Positions 26,277 through 40,068 of a DNA stretch of 64,000 nt are shown here, one piece after another. Source of the stretch: Octopus sinensis (Eukaryota). The notes under the pieces were generated by a model, which was not told the DNA's origin, did no database searches, and saw nothing but the letters and a program-made list of their open reading frames with translations. Position 1 is the stretch's first letter; the number at the start of each line of letters is the position of its first letter. The stretch covers positions 26,908,001 to 26,972,000 of the forward strand of contig NC_043012.1 in NCBI RefSeq assembly GCF_006345805.1, given 5' to 3'. Made by a program: the position numbers and the translations under genes.

Positions 26277-27187
26277 ATAATATCGATATTTAAATATTGA
26301 TATTATCAAGTGGCCAGCATGGGAAAAATACCATACAAAGGTAATAATTTTTTTACAACTAAAAATACGTGTGTCTGAGAGACCAACATGCAGAAATAGC
26401 AGTCAAAACCCTGACTCTAAGAACCACGTTAAATGTTCATATCGCACCATGAGATAAGACAGAGGGGCAAAATAGACTAGCAAAAAAATTTACTGAATAA
26501 TTCAAGATCCTGAATTTCTAGCTATTCTTTAAATAAGCTTTGCCTCGTCAGTTGAATGTATCAGATAGGTACATAAATACAAATAAATATATGCAGAACA
26601 AACCTTATACTACATATACGAACGTCCATACATATATATATATATGAACGTGGTTCTTAGAGTCAGGGTTTTGACTGCTATTTCGGCATGGTGGTGTCTC
26701 TCAGACACCCACCCTTATTTTTAGTTGTAGAAAAATTATTACCTTTGTATGGTATTTTTCCCAGGCTGGCCACTTGATAATATCGATATTTAAATATCGA
26801 TATTATCCTTATTTATAAATTTATAAAATTCGTCACTATATTCACTGCGGTGTTTATTTTGAACATATCGAGCTTACGGGCAATTTAACTGGCCTTGTAC
26901 ATACGTGCATATATATATGTATGTATGGACGTTCGTATATGTAAGTATAACGTTTGTTCTGCATATATTTATTTCTATTTATGTGCCTATCTGATATATT
27001 CAACTGATGACGGCAAAGCTTATTTAAAGCAAAGCTAGAAATCCAGGATCTTGAATTATTCAGTAATATCTTTTTGCTACTCTATTTTGTCCCTCTGTCT
27101 TATCTCATGGTGCGATATGAACATTTAACGTGGTTCTTATATATATATATACACGTATATATATCGTTATATATGTAAATATATGTA

Positions 27188-27245
<58 letters not shown>

Positions 27246-27270
27246 AACTATCTATCTATCTATCTATCTA

Positions 27271-27332
<62 letters not shown>

Positions 27333-28266
27333 TATATATATATATATATGGATAATATCGATATTTAAATATTGATATTATCAAGTGGCCAGCATGGGAA
27401 AAATACCATACAAAGGTAATAATTTTTTACAACTAAAAATACGTGTGTCTGAGAGACCAACATGCAGAAATAGCAGTCAAAACCCTGACTCTAAGAACCA
27501 CGTTAAATGTTCATATCGCACCATGAGATAAGACAGAGGGGCAAAATAGACTAGCAAAAAAATTTACTGAATAATTCAAGATCCTGAATTTCTAGCTATT
27601 CTTTAAATAAGCTTTGCCTCGTCAGTTGAATGTATCAGATAGGTACATAAATACAAATAAATATATGCAGAACAAACCTTATACTTACATATACGAACGT
27701 CCATACATATATATATATATATATGAACGTGGTTCTTAGAGTCAGGGTTTTGACTGCTATTTCGGCATGGTGGTGTCTCTCAGACACCCTTATTTTTAGT
27801 TGTAGAAAAATTATTACCTTTGTATGGTATTTTTCCCAGGCTGGCCACTTGATAATATCGATATTTAAATATCGATATTATCCTTATTTATAAATTTATA
27901 AAATTCGTCACTATATTCACTGCGGTGTTTATTTTGAACATATCGAGCTTACGGGCAATTTAACTGGCCTTGTACATACGTGCATATATATATGTATGTA
28001 TGGACGTTCGTATATGTAAGTATAACGTTTGTTCTGCATATATTTATTTCTATTTATGTGCCTATCTGATATATTCAACTGATGACGGCAAAGCTTATTT
28101 AAAGCAAAGCTAGAAATCCAGGATCTTGAATTATTCAGTAATATCTTTTTGCTACTCTATTTTGTCCCTCTGTATTATCTCATGGTGCGATATGAACATT
28201 TAACGTGGTTCTTATATATATATATATATACACGTATATATATCGTTATATATGTAAATATATGTA

Positions 28267-28342
<76 letters not shown>

Positions 28343-28373
28343 ATTTCTAACTATCTATCTATCTATCTATCTA

Positions 28374-28430
<57 letters not shown>
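26276..28430. repeat. Two near-identical 1075-bp tandem units with internal inverted segments
   Basis: Landmarks at 26276/27351 and 26776/27851 are 1075 bp apart; each unit is A-B-A'-C-B'-microsatellite. Confidence 0.93.
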
Positions 28431-28434
<4 letters not shown>

Positions 28435-29270
28435 TACATATACATACACACACACGCACACACTTCAAACTACCAGTCCCTTCCACTGACCATTCTCCTA
28501 TGGACATGTGCAGGTAAACACACAACAAGCAGCCACTCCTATCAAAATTCTTACTTAACTTCTTCCTATGACCTTAAATGATACTAAGTCCATCCACACA
28601 CATAGATAAAAAGCCACAACCACGCACACACACACACACACATGTGCTATCATTACACGCACCCACACACACAAACAGACCTGCGAGCACGCACATACCC
28701 ACACATACACACACATCTCCTTCTCTTGCACTCTCCTGTTTTTGAAAGAACTTTTTCTTCACCCATTCCCTTCCGGTCATTTCAATATGTGACCGCGTGT
28801 GTAGAGTTTTCTTTCTCTGTCTTCCCTTCTTTGGACTTTTTCTATATTTCTCACGAAGAGCTACGCCAGAAACGTGAAATCCTCTTTCTTTTCTTTCCTT
28901 TCCTGAGCGTCCCAAAACACTGTACTTATTCCACGTCCACGCGTTGTTGTTTTTTCTTACTTGTACATATTTGGATTGACTATATATATATATATATATG
29001 CTCAATATATATATATATATATATATATATATGGACAATATATATATATATATACGCGATACAATGAAGAATAGAGAACTGAACACGTGCTGTGGAGAGT
29101 AAACGTTTGAATTAACACTTTGTGACCAAAAGCTTTTTTACACAAAGTTTCACAGGTGTGAAATCGCATCTGTAAACATTTAAATAATATTCATCTAATC
29201 ACAAACACACACACACACGATCTCTCTCTCTCTCTCTCTCACATACACACACAAATATATACATATATAC

Positions 29271-29300
<30 letters not shown>

Positions 29301-29310
<10 letters not shown>

Positions 29311-29506
29311 TTAGAGACAAAACCACTATTATGCAAATCAAACAAAGAAAGACTTACTCCAATATATAAAAATTTTATATAAATTAAATATAACTGTATC
29401 AAAGTATTTTATTATATTTAATTTATATAAAATTTTTTTATGTATTGGATTAAGTCTTTCTTTGTTTGATTTGCATAATAGTGGTTTTGTCTCTAATTAA
29501 TATTAT
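29301..29506. repeat. Fold-back with ~95-bp arms
   Basis: ATAATATTAATTAGAGACAAAACCACTATTATGCAAATCAAACAAAGAAAGACTTA... and its inverse; follows (TA)n. Confidence 0.9.
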
Positions 29507-29769
29507 ATTATATTTTACTATAAAATTGGATTCAATCCTAAATCTGATTTTTCCCTGTAAATTTGGATTTATTCCCTAATATTTATTATTATTATATATA
29601 TATACATATACGTATATATACGTATATATGTGTGTGTGTGTGTGTCTGTGTGTGTGTGTGTGTGTGTGTGCGTGTGTATATACATATTTAATGTGTTTTG
29701 GAAATACTTTGATACAGTTATAATATTTGGAGAGAAGAGGTTTTTCTCAAAGAGATAAGATAGAGCAAA

Positions 29770-29987
29770 GAACCTTTTTAGAAAGTCGAAAGACACTAAA
29801 CTTTGGGAAGCGATTTCACAAAACGTGAGTAGGCTTTGCAAGCGCTTTCAGCTCTTAACGTTTTCAAGCACGTGTTTGAAAACGTTAAGAGCTGAAAGCG
29901 CTTGCACATCTATAAAAGCAAAGTCTAATCACATTTTATGAAATCTCTTCCCAAAGTTTAGTGTCTTTCGACTTTCTAAAAAGGTTC
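29770..29987. repeat. Nested fold-back: perfect 41-bp outer arms plus perfect 31-bp inner stem
   Basis: GAACCTTTTTAGAAAGTCGAAAGACACTAAACTTTGGGAAG and inverse; inner stem 29837-29906. Confidence 0.92.
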
Positions 29988-30015
29988 ATTTCTCAGTCTT
30001 AACTCTGAGAAAAAT

Positions 30016-30066
<51 letters not shown>

Positions 30067-30292
30067 ATATATATATATATATATAATATATATATATAAT
30101 ATATATATATCGATGTGTTCGACCAAAGTAGTTCTTCTCAGTCATCTTATACCAAAATCCTATTTTCCTCGGATGGATCCTCATCGCCATTCGATGTTTA
30201 AAAAGATACGATTATATATTTATAACTAAATATTTTTAGGAATTCTATAAAAATAATATTGCTAATATATTCTGTGTATTGTAGAAGTATGA

Positions 30293-30540
30293 GGAGGCGC
30301 AATGGCCCAGTGGTTAGGGCAGTCGACTCGCGTCGCGATCGGAGAATCGCGGTTTCGATTCCCAGACCGGGCGTTGTGTGTGTTTATTGAGCGAAAACAC
30401 GTAAAAGCTGCACGAAGCTCCGGCAGAGGCTGGTGGCGACCCCTGTTGTTCTCTTTCGCCTCAACTTTTCTCTCACTCTTTTTTCCTGTTTCTTGAGTAA
30501 CACTGCGATGTACTGGCGTCCTGTCCAACTGGGGGGAATT
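30293..30540 (+). mobile_element. SINE family 3 variant with a different 3' half
   Basis: Shares ~190 bp of 5' sequence with 35196-35581, then CTGCGATGTACTGGCGTCCTGTCCA. Confidence 0.82.
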
Positions 30541-31281
30541 GAAATGAATTGAATTGGCTAGGCTTGAAAAGGGTGCATAAATAAATAAGTAAAAATTGTA
30601 GAAGTATATCCATTTTATTGAAGTTAAATTTTAACAAAATCTTATTTGGACCCCTAAAGGCCAAATGAAATCCCGTTGAGAACCGCTTGGCTAAACCTTT
30701 CAAAGCGGTTTCCCATCATGGCTACCATCTAACATGTAAGTAATATAAGGTAAGAGAAAAGTATCAGCGCAATTAGTTTAACCTGGAGCACAATAGTCAA
30801 ACCAACAACTGAGAATGATTTTATAGGTAGTACAAAATAGTTAGGGATAAAGAAAAGTTGCCAACAGCCTCCTTTACACTGTGTTCATCTCCAAGGAAGT
30901 TCACAGTTTTCTGTTTCCGCAAACCAACGAGAATATTGACTGAGCAGAGAAAACGTGATGATGGCGTTTTGGCGAAGAGAAGTATCAAGAAGATGGAGAG
31001 TAATTGATAATACAGTGCCTGGAGACAAGAGAGATGTGATCAAGTAATGGAAAGTGTTCGAGCAGTATCATAGTCTCGGTGAAGAGATGTACTAAAAGAT
31101 TTATCTCGAGATTCTACATCTGGTCTCTGATAAATTGACAAGACAAATGTTTAAATAATAGAGAAAGAAAGAGGGAACGAGAGAGAGAGAGAGGGGGAGA
31201 GAGTATATGTATGTATATGTAGGTTTGTATATAGGTATGTACGTATTGAATGATAAGTAAATAGACAGATAGATAGATAGC

Positions 31282-31328
<47 letters not shown>

Positions 31329-31619
31329 GTAGATAGACAGATAGATTATTATGATAATTACTAGGCATGATCCCCAATAGACGGATCGATAACTGTACAT
31401 ATATGTGCTCGTGTGTGTGCATATATATAAAAACACACATACATACATACGCACAAATACATACATACATAATATATATATATATAATATATATATATAT
31501 TATATATATATATATATTATATATATATATATATATATACATACATGTACACTATGCATATATATATACATCTATGTATGTATATATACATATATGCATA
31601 TAAATGTGTGTATGTATGA

Positions 31620-31652
<33 letters not shown>

Positions 31653-32026
31653 TATTATATATATGTATTCATGTAGAGATGTATTTATGCGTGAATATGT
31701 GTCTGCGCATGTGCGTGTTTATATGTGTGTGTGTGTGTGTGTATCGAATTTTACTTTCTCGGACTTAACTCTTCTATACAACATTATATTTTTGTACAAA
31801 TGGCCACACACAAAAATAAGCTTTTACTCCCAATAAATTCTGTTCGCACACGAACATTCACACCACACACATATATATTCACACTCTCGTCCACACACAT
31901 GCACACATCCACATCCACACACATACCCACACGTACATACGCATACATTGTTCGCATTGCATACGCTTTCAAACAACCCACGCCTTCCTGTATTATAAAC
32001 CCCGCACATCTATTCGTATATGCATG

Positions 32027-32861
32027 TACGTGGTCTGATCAATAATTATCCGGACCGTTCTTATAGTAACGAAGCTAAAACACGCAGAGTGAAGTCGCTT
32101 CGCACAGATTGACCTTGAACTCTGCTGTGCACGCACACTAAGATTTAATGCTTCAGCTTAGTTCTGCTGTTTACAGCAGTGCTTGGGAGGGACGTGTGTA
32201 GCGTGTAATCGTCGCATTGACCACGACAGAGAATGCTGAGCAGAGAATCTGCATCAAATTTTGCCAGAAGCGTAGTGATATCTGCTCAGAGACTTATGCA
32301 TAGTTTTCAAAAAGTTTTCATCGTTCTCGACACAATCAAAGAGATCTTGTGAAACTCAAACCTGAGCGTCGTTTTGGACAGCTGAAAGCAGTTTTAACAC
32401 AAACTTAGCAGACACGCGTCGCATACCCGAATCTTCAGTGATAATTGAGTGGACTGAACCGTAACTAATTTGCACATCCTCTGATAACTCACGGACGGTG
32501 ATTCGACGATTTCTCCTCGCAGCTGCACGCACATCTGCGATGCCTTTCTCAGTTCTGGTCGTTGCGTGTATAGGTAGAACGTTCGCTAATATCAACATTT
32601 CTCCGGCCTTCTTGAAAACATCTGAACCCCTCGTACACTTGCGCGCAGCTTATACCCTCCTCCCATACACTTTCTGCAACTTGGCGTAGGCCTCTGACCA
32701 GTTATCGCCACGGTAAATATTTTCGCCATGGTCAATGCGACGATCATACGCTATACACCCTTCTTCCAAGCACTGTTGTAAACTGTGGAAAGAAGCGAGA
32801 ATGCTGAAACTTAGTGAGCATCCACAGCACAATCCAAGATCAATCTTTACTAAACGGCTTC

Positions 32862-32865
<4 letters not shown>
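32027..32865. mobile_element. Two convergent 5' fragments of one mariner family (+ 32027-32325; - 32325-32865)
   Basis: TIR-like TACGTGGTCTGATCAATAATTATCCGGAC; EQRICIKFCQK on +; KLQKVYG...RRNRRITVRELSEDVQISYGSVHSIITED.GMRRVSAKFV on -; shared 5' UTR. Confidence 0.83.
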
Positions 32866-32922
<57 letters not shown>

Positions 32923-33465
32923 TCACACACACGTTCTCACGCACTTACAGACATGTTTTCACGGAACTTACCTACATACACACAGTACCATCAAACCCGC
33001 TCTCAAACTAACTAAATTCATCAGACTTACTCACACATATTCATATACAGATACACAACTAACCAAAACGCTAAAACAACGTCCTACCATTAAGCCCACC
33101 ATTGGCTCACCATTAAGCGAGGACTCAAACAAACACATACATCTACATATCCGTCTCAACTTCGCTTTCTGACGGCACTTCATATGGAATATATGAAGTG
33201 CCTGATTTCTAACATTTTAACCATTCTTGCCTCCTTTCCATAAATATAACCCTTATTAAATTTTTTCACGCATAATCCATTATATCCATATGCTTCCCTA
33301 TTCACAGGTTTTTGCCTTTTCGAAGAAGGACGAACGTCCGAAAGGTCATGGTGGCAACATTCCTTCAAAGAAAAGACTTTACTATAGTAAATTGCTTTTA
33401 TCGTGACTAATCCGGGGCGATTATTCTGGTTTAAAATTTGCAATACTCATATGCTCACAAAAGAG

Positions 33466-33571
<106 letters not shown>

Positions 33572-33588
33572 GTCTATCTGTCTATCTG

Positions 33589-33628
<40 letters not shown>

Positions 33629-33916
33629 CCCACCTACCTACCTACCTACCTACCTACCTACCTACCTACCTACCTACCCACCTACCTACCTATCTACCTA
33701 CCTACCTACCTACCTACCTACCTACCTACCTACCGACCTACCTACCTACCTACCTACCTATCTATCTGTCGGTCTGCACTTACATAATACATGCATACAG
33801 ACATACATACATAGATACATATATATTCATATATAATTACTTTTTCTTCTTTTCTCTCCCCGTTCTGTGTATGTGTGTATACATACACACACACACACAC
33901 AACACACACACACACA

Positions 33917-33981
<65 letters not shown>

Positions 33982-34224
33982 TCATATACATATACACATA
34001 TATATGTGTGTGGTGTGAGTGTGTGTGTGTATATACACACACAAATCGAATCCCCTAAAAAGTACCAAACTATTTTCCTATAAAGCGGTAAATTTTAGTT
34101 ATGCTTCTTATACACGCTGTCTTGCAATGTGTGTTTGTGTGCTTGTGTGTGTATATATATAGGTATATATACACATACATGTCTTACTAAGTATGTATAT
34201 ATATACATATGTGTGTGTGTATAT

Positions 34225-34258
<34 letters not shown>

Positions 34259-34297
34259 GTTTATGCATACATACCACATACATACATATATGTATAG

Positions 34298-34370
<73 letters not shown>

Positions 34371-35195
34371 CAAAATATATATCTAACGTATATATCGGAA
34401 CTCGCTTAATCTAACAAGTTACATCAAACGCAACACACTTTGAATCTTCCGTATATTCTTTTTGATGATCGTTGTATCTTCAGCCAGTTCTCGTTCCGGA
34501 TGACCGAATTAAAGTATTTATACTTCACCCATGATATTGTCTCTCTCCCAGATTCTCTCTCTCTGTCTCTCAGGCTGCATATATAAATGTATTTGTCTAT
34601 ATATCTAAAGACATATGCAAATTTGTATTTATATTATGTATTATACAGACACGTATAGTTATACATAAATACATATATACATATATACATACATGCATAT
34701 ATATGTATATATATATTTACATATGCATACACAGACATATAGCACAGACATGTATATGTGTATGTGTGTATGTGTGTGTGTGGTCATACAATCTCAATAT
34801 GTATATATAGTTTGTAAAAGACGAGATAAATGGTTAACAGAACAGAGAAATATAATATATTTAACATAGATATATAGACTTTCCATGCACAATACAATTA
34901 CTGTTACATACAACCACACATAGACTCATTCGCACACACTCTCTCACACATAATCCATAACATCACACACAAACCCAGCTAAACGACTACAACTTGTTCG
35001 CATCTAAAAGTTAAACCGTTTTGAGGCGTTAAAAATAAATATGGGAGTTGATACGTTTCCCTCCCATAAATGCGGACCCTACTTTCTGGCATGAAACATG
35101 AACATTCTCTGGTCCCGTGCTAATCTTGTTCATAAATATTGCCCAAAACAAGTGAATCCCCATCCACTTGTTTGTAATCTATACATGCGAGTATT

Positions 35196-35581
35196 TGTTG
35201 GAAGCACTCCGTCGATTACGACGATGAGGGTTCCGGTTGATCCGAATCAACGGAACAGCCTGCTCGTGAAATTAACGTGTAAGTGGCTGAGCACTCCACA
35301 GACACGTGCACCCTTAACGTAGTTCTCGGGGATATTCAGCGTGACACAGAGAGTGACAAGGCCGGCCCTTTGAAATACAGGTACAACAGAAACAGGAAGT
35401 AAGAGTGAGAGAAAGTTGTGGTGAAAGAGTACAGCAGGGATCACCACCATCCCCTGCCGGAGCCTCGTGGAGCTTTAGGTGTTTTCGCTCAATAAACACT
35501 CACAACGCCCGGTCTGGGAATCGAAACCGCGATCCTATGACCGCGAGTCCGCTGCCCTAACCACTGGGCCATTGCGCCTCC
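35196..35581 (-). mobile_element. tRNA-derived SINE family 3, full length with 13-bp TSD
   Basis: Head GGAGGCGCAATGGCCCAGTGGTTAGGGC, B-box GGTTTCGATTCC; ACATGCGAGTATT at 35183-35195 and 35582-35594. Confidence 0.92.
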
Positions 35582-36084
35582 ACATGCGAGTATTATTATA
35601 TGTGTGTTTATACTGACAAGTTGGCAACACCACAAGCATGTCGAGCAAAATTTTTTCTTCCGTCTTCTTACGTTCTGAGTTTAAATGCTGCCGTGGTGGA
35701 CTTTGCTGTTCACCTTTTCAGAGTTGATAAAATAGTTCCAGTTGAGTTGTGGGCTGGATGTAATCAGCTTGCCAGCGCCCCCTTACAAATTTTTAAAGTT
35801 CGTTATCAGTGAATTACGGCAATTTCTTTACGGTTTAATAAATGTGTTGCAAAATGAATCGCAATATCATTTCTTATATCATCTAAAAGCGTGACGTGGT
35901 GAGCAGCCAGAATCGTTGACATGCCAAGCAAAACCCTCGGAGCATTTTGTTCTTTATGTTCTGAGTTCAAATTCCGCCATGGTCATCTCTGCCTCTCATC
36001 CTTTCGGCGTCGATAAAATATGTATTAGTAGAGCATTGGAGTCGAAGCAATGTATATGTACGTAGGTATATGTATAGAGTGTTT

Positions 36085-37370
36085 GAAGTGGTATACAGAT
36101 ATTGTATATTGAGAAAAAGGAGGCAGTCAGAGTATTGGATAATCCTAAATTAGCGCTTTCGTTCATTTTCGAACTCAAGACGAAATCAAAGTCAAAATGG
36201 CAAAAGCAGAACGTTTCGCTCTTCATTTATAAGACTCGGATATTTTGTGTTTCTTTTATAAAGGGAGAGAGAGAGAAAAGTAAACCGGTAGGGGAGATAG
36301 ACAGAGAGGTTTCAGGACAATCAAGAAAGAGGAGAAAAAATAATAATGGATGGGCAAAGGATGGATAGATAGATATAGATAGATAGAGAGAGGAGGGTTT
36401 CTTTTCAATTTTGTGCGGTTAATTCATTGAAATTTTATTACAAAGTATTTTTTCTTTTTATTTTCTCCTTTCCTTCCTTTTTCCTTTCCCATAGTATACC
36501 TATCAAGATATTTGTAAATAAACACATGTATGTATGGTGACTTTCAAAGAGGTAAATTTTAGGAAGTAGGATGGAAGAAATAAGAATGATCAGTTTGGGA
36601 TTTCGACAACTGTTCTTATAGAACTTAGATATACATGAGAAAGAATACTAGAACCATATTACCACTGATTAAGAAAGATATCTAATGTAGCTACTTGGTA
36701 AAGTAATTCGTGATTCAGACTGTATTTTCACAATTTATGAATATTGTACTAATATTTAATGTTTGCTCATGCAAAACACAGAATTACACAGAATACGGGA
36801 CTTGGCTATACTGTGCGAAAAAATATTCATTTCCATAAGAATCTGAACTTTTGATCTCTTTTTTTTTAATTTTTCAGTGATGACCGTACCATTCCGCCTT
36901 TTTCTTATTTCTTCCATTCTACTTCCTAAAATTGACCCTCAGAAAGGTCACCAGCCCTTATGAGAAAATGTGTTTATTTACAAATGTATTGACAGGTATA
37001 CAATGAAAAAAGAAAAATACTTTGTAATGAAATTTCAATGAATTGACTACACGAAATTGGAAAGAAACATCTCTCGTTCTATCTAGTTCCTCCCTTCCCG
37101 CATTGTTTTTATTACTTTTTCCGCTCTCCCTCTCTCCCTCTCTCTCCCTTTTTCCAAAAAGACAAAAACAATATTCTCCTCTTCTAAACAAAACACAAAA
37201 ATATCCGATTCATATTCGTTTATGAACAACGAAATGTTTTTTTTTTACCATTTTCATTTTGATTTTGACATGACGAGTTCAAAAATAAGCGAAAGAGCTA
37301 ATAAAGGATTATCCAAAATTCTGAGTGCCTCCTTTTTCTCAATATATACATTCGTATATCCGTTATTCTT
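36085..37370. repeat. Diverged inverted pair (~400-440 bp arms) of a dispersed repeat; third copy near 17040
   Basis: TATTGAGAAAAAGGAGGC...GGATAATCC...AATTCATTGAAATTT.ATTACAAAGTATTTTT...TTTGTAAATAAACACAT on + at 36085-36527 and on - at ~36968-37370. Confidence 0.8.
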
Positions 37371-37794
37371 TCATTCTTTCACTTTTTTCAGTCAGTTGTC
37401 TGCGCCCAGACAAATGACTTCTCTAAAAGTTTCCTTAACACATTCCTTCATATATTCCAAATAGAGTGATGGCCCGAAAAATTTATATATACATACGCGC
37501 GGAGTAAATAAAGCAGGAGTCAACTGATTAGGGGATTGTTCTTTATGTTGCCTGTCTCATTTCTCTATTTGTTTCTCTTGTCGTTCGAAAAAAAGTTCGT
37601 TTTCCATGTTTTTGTTTCTTTTGTGTCCCCGTTTTTCATTTTGTTCACAATTTTTGAGGCCCTGTACACATATATTTCTGTATATACATATATATGTAGA
37701 TATATACATATATGTATATATATGCATATATATTTATATATATATATACATATACATTTATATATATATACATATACATATATATATACATATA

Positions 37795-38175
37795 CTCTTT
37801 ACTCTTTACTCTCTTTTATTTCTTTCAGTCATTTGACTGCGGCCATGCTGGTGCTCCACCTTTAGTCGAGCAAATCGACCCCAGGAGTTATTCTTTGTAG
37901 GCCTAGTACTTATTCAATCGGTCTCTTTTGCCGAACCGCTAAGTTACGGGGACGTAAACACACCGACATCGGCTATCAAGCGATGTTGGGACAGACACAC
38001 AGACACACAAACATACGCACAGACACACACACACGCTCATATATATATATTATATATATATATATATATACATATATATATACAACAGGCTTCTTTCAGT
38101 TTCCGTCTACCAAATCCACGCACAAGACTTTGGTAGGCCCGAGGCTGTAGTAGAAAACACTTGCCCAAGGTGCGA
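37795..38175 (-). mobile_element. SINE family 2, 5'-truncated
   Basis: CAGTCATTTGACTGCGGCCATGCTGG tail, internal (CA/TA)n, CTTCTTTCAGTTTCCGTCTACC, TTGCCCAAGGTGC. Confidence 0.85.
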
Positions 38176-38755
38176 CATATATATGTTTTATATCTATAAA
38201 TATATCTATACCTATCTGTCTGTCTGTCCAGACATGTCTGCATTTGCTGCATTTATATATATATATATAAAGCAACTGGTAAGTTTGTTCATGAAATATT
38301 TAGATCCAAATACGTGTATTTCATAAGCAGTAATGAAATTCCGTTTTTATGATAAAAATCTTATAGGACAATTGTATTGTGGAAATTTCTAGAAGCCACA
38401 CAGCTCTCATTAGTTCATTGTTAGTATGCATACGGTAACACTGAAAGCAATCCATTATGCATGTTAAAGAGAAACGATGGGAATGACGCAATCTCTGAAG
38501 AGTTGATAATGCAATCGGCTTATGAGATTTTCTTTCTTATAATTGATACATCCTCAATGTTATCAAAACCGACATAAGACGATGCAACTGAATTTTCTGA
38601 TAGACAATTCATTCCGTTTTTTTTTCTAAGCTTTCTATATGTATTCTGTTGTCTGTTTCGTTGAAATAAAACTCCATAGTTTGCTTTTACATCTAGAGAT
38701 ATATATACACGGACTTCTGAATGCTGATTATTTGTAATGTAATTCTGCATATATA

Positions 38756-38855
<100 letters not shown>

Positions 38856-39679
38856 CTGTGTGTGTATCTGTGTATAATGTATATATCTATATATATATAT
38901 TTTAAAGGAATCATAGCATACTCTAGATAATTGTCAGCTCATTACAGCAGTTTCTTACGTATCATTTTAAATAGAGAATGAGAACATTACTCCATTACAA
39001 AAAAACCGTAATCCTCAGATGAAAAGTAATTCTACAAACTTTCTTTCTCTCTCATCCTCATATTCCTTTTCTAGCATCCCAACTTCCTCACTTCCTCTCT
39101 CGTCTTCTCACTCGTAATTGTAGATTTTCTCCCTCCCTTCTTTCCCTGTTCTCTTTCGGCAGCTCTTACTCCCTCTCTTCCTTCCTTCTCCCGCTATCTA
39201 TTGCCCACACGTAACCCATGACTAATTTTCCCATCCCTCTCGCTCTTTCGCCACCGGACGCTTAACTTGCCGGTCGACATCTATCTCTTCTCTCGCTATT
39301 TCCCTTTCTATATACAATCATTTCTTCCAAACGTTACGCATCACTCGTGACTGTTTGGCTGAAAGGCCGTATTTATTGCGTCTTCGCCAATCGTTTCAAA
39401 TTACTTTCCAACGTCCACTCTGTATCGTTTTGCTTGCTCGAGCCCTAACTAGTCGCAAGTTTTGCGAGTGCCGCTCATATGCGAAGTTCTTAGTCTTATC
39501 GTTAAAGGCGTGAAACTATGAATTAGTATTTCGGTCGATAACTGATGTAGAATTTGGATCCTTTGTCTGCCTTATGCATACGTCTTTTAGTATTTAATGC
39601 ATTATTCATTTATATATATATATACAATGATAATTAATAATAATGATACTACTACTACTACTACTAAATAATAATAATA

Positions 39680-39892
39680 ATCGTTTCTACTATAGGCACA
39701 ACGCCTGAAATTTGGGGAAGGGGGCCAGTCGAGTAGATCGACTCCAGTACACTACTGGTACTAAATTTATCGACCCTAAAAAGATGAAAGCCAAAATCGA
39801 CTTCAGCGGAATTTGAACTTGGAATGCAGCAGCAGACGAAATACCAGTAAGCATTTCGCCCGGCGGGCTAACAATTCTGCAAACTCGCCGCC
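39680..39892 (-). mobile_element. SINE family 1
   Basis: Reverse complement of the same head, B-box and central domain; (TAT)n tract immediately to the right. Confidence 0.8.
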
Positions 39893-39906
39893 TTCAATTA
39901 TTATTA

Positions 39907-39961
<55 letters not shown>

Positions 39962-39988
39962 TATTATTATATTATTATATTATTATTA

Positions 39989-40051
<63 letters not shown>

Positions 40052-40068
40052 TTAATATTATTATTATT

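Noticed and set aside
30293-30370. tRNA gene
   Set aside because: A/B boxes are present but continue into a SINE body with no proper acceptor stem; same for the heads at 11570, 35581, 47690 and 52362
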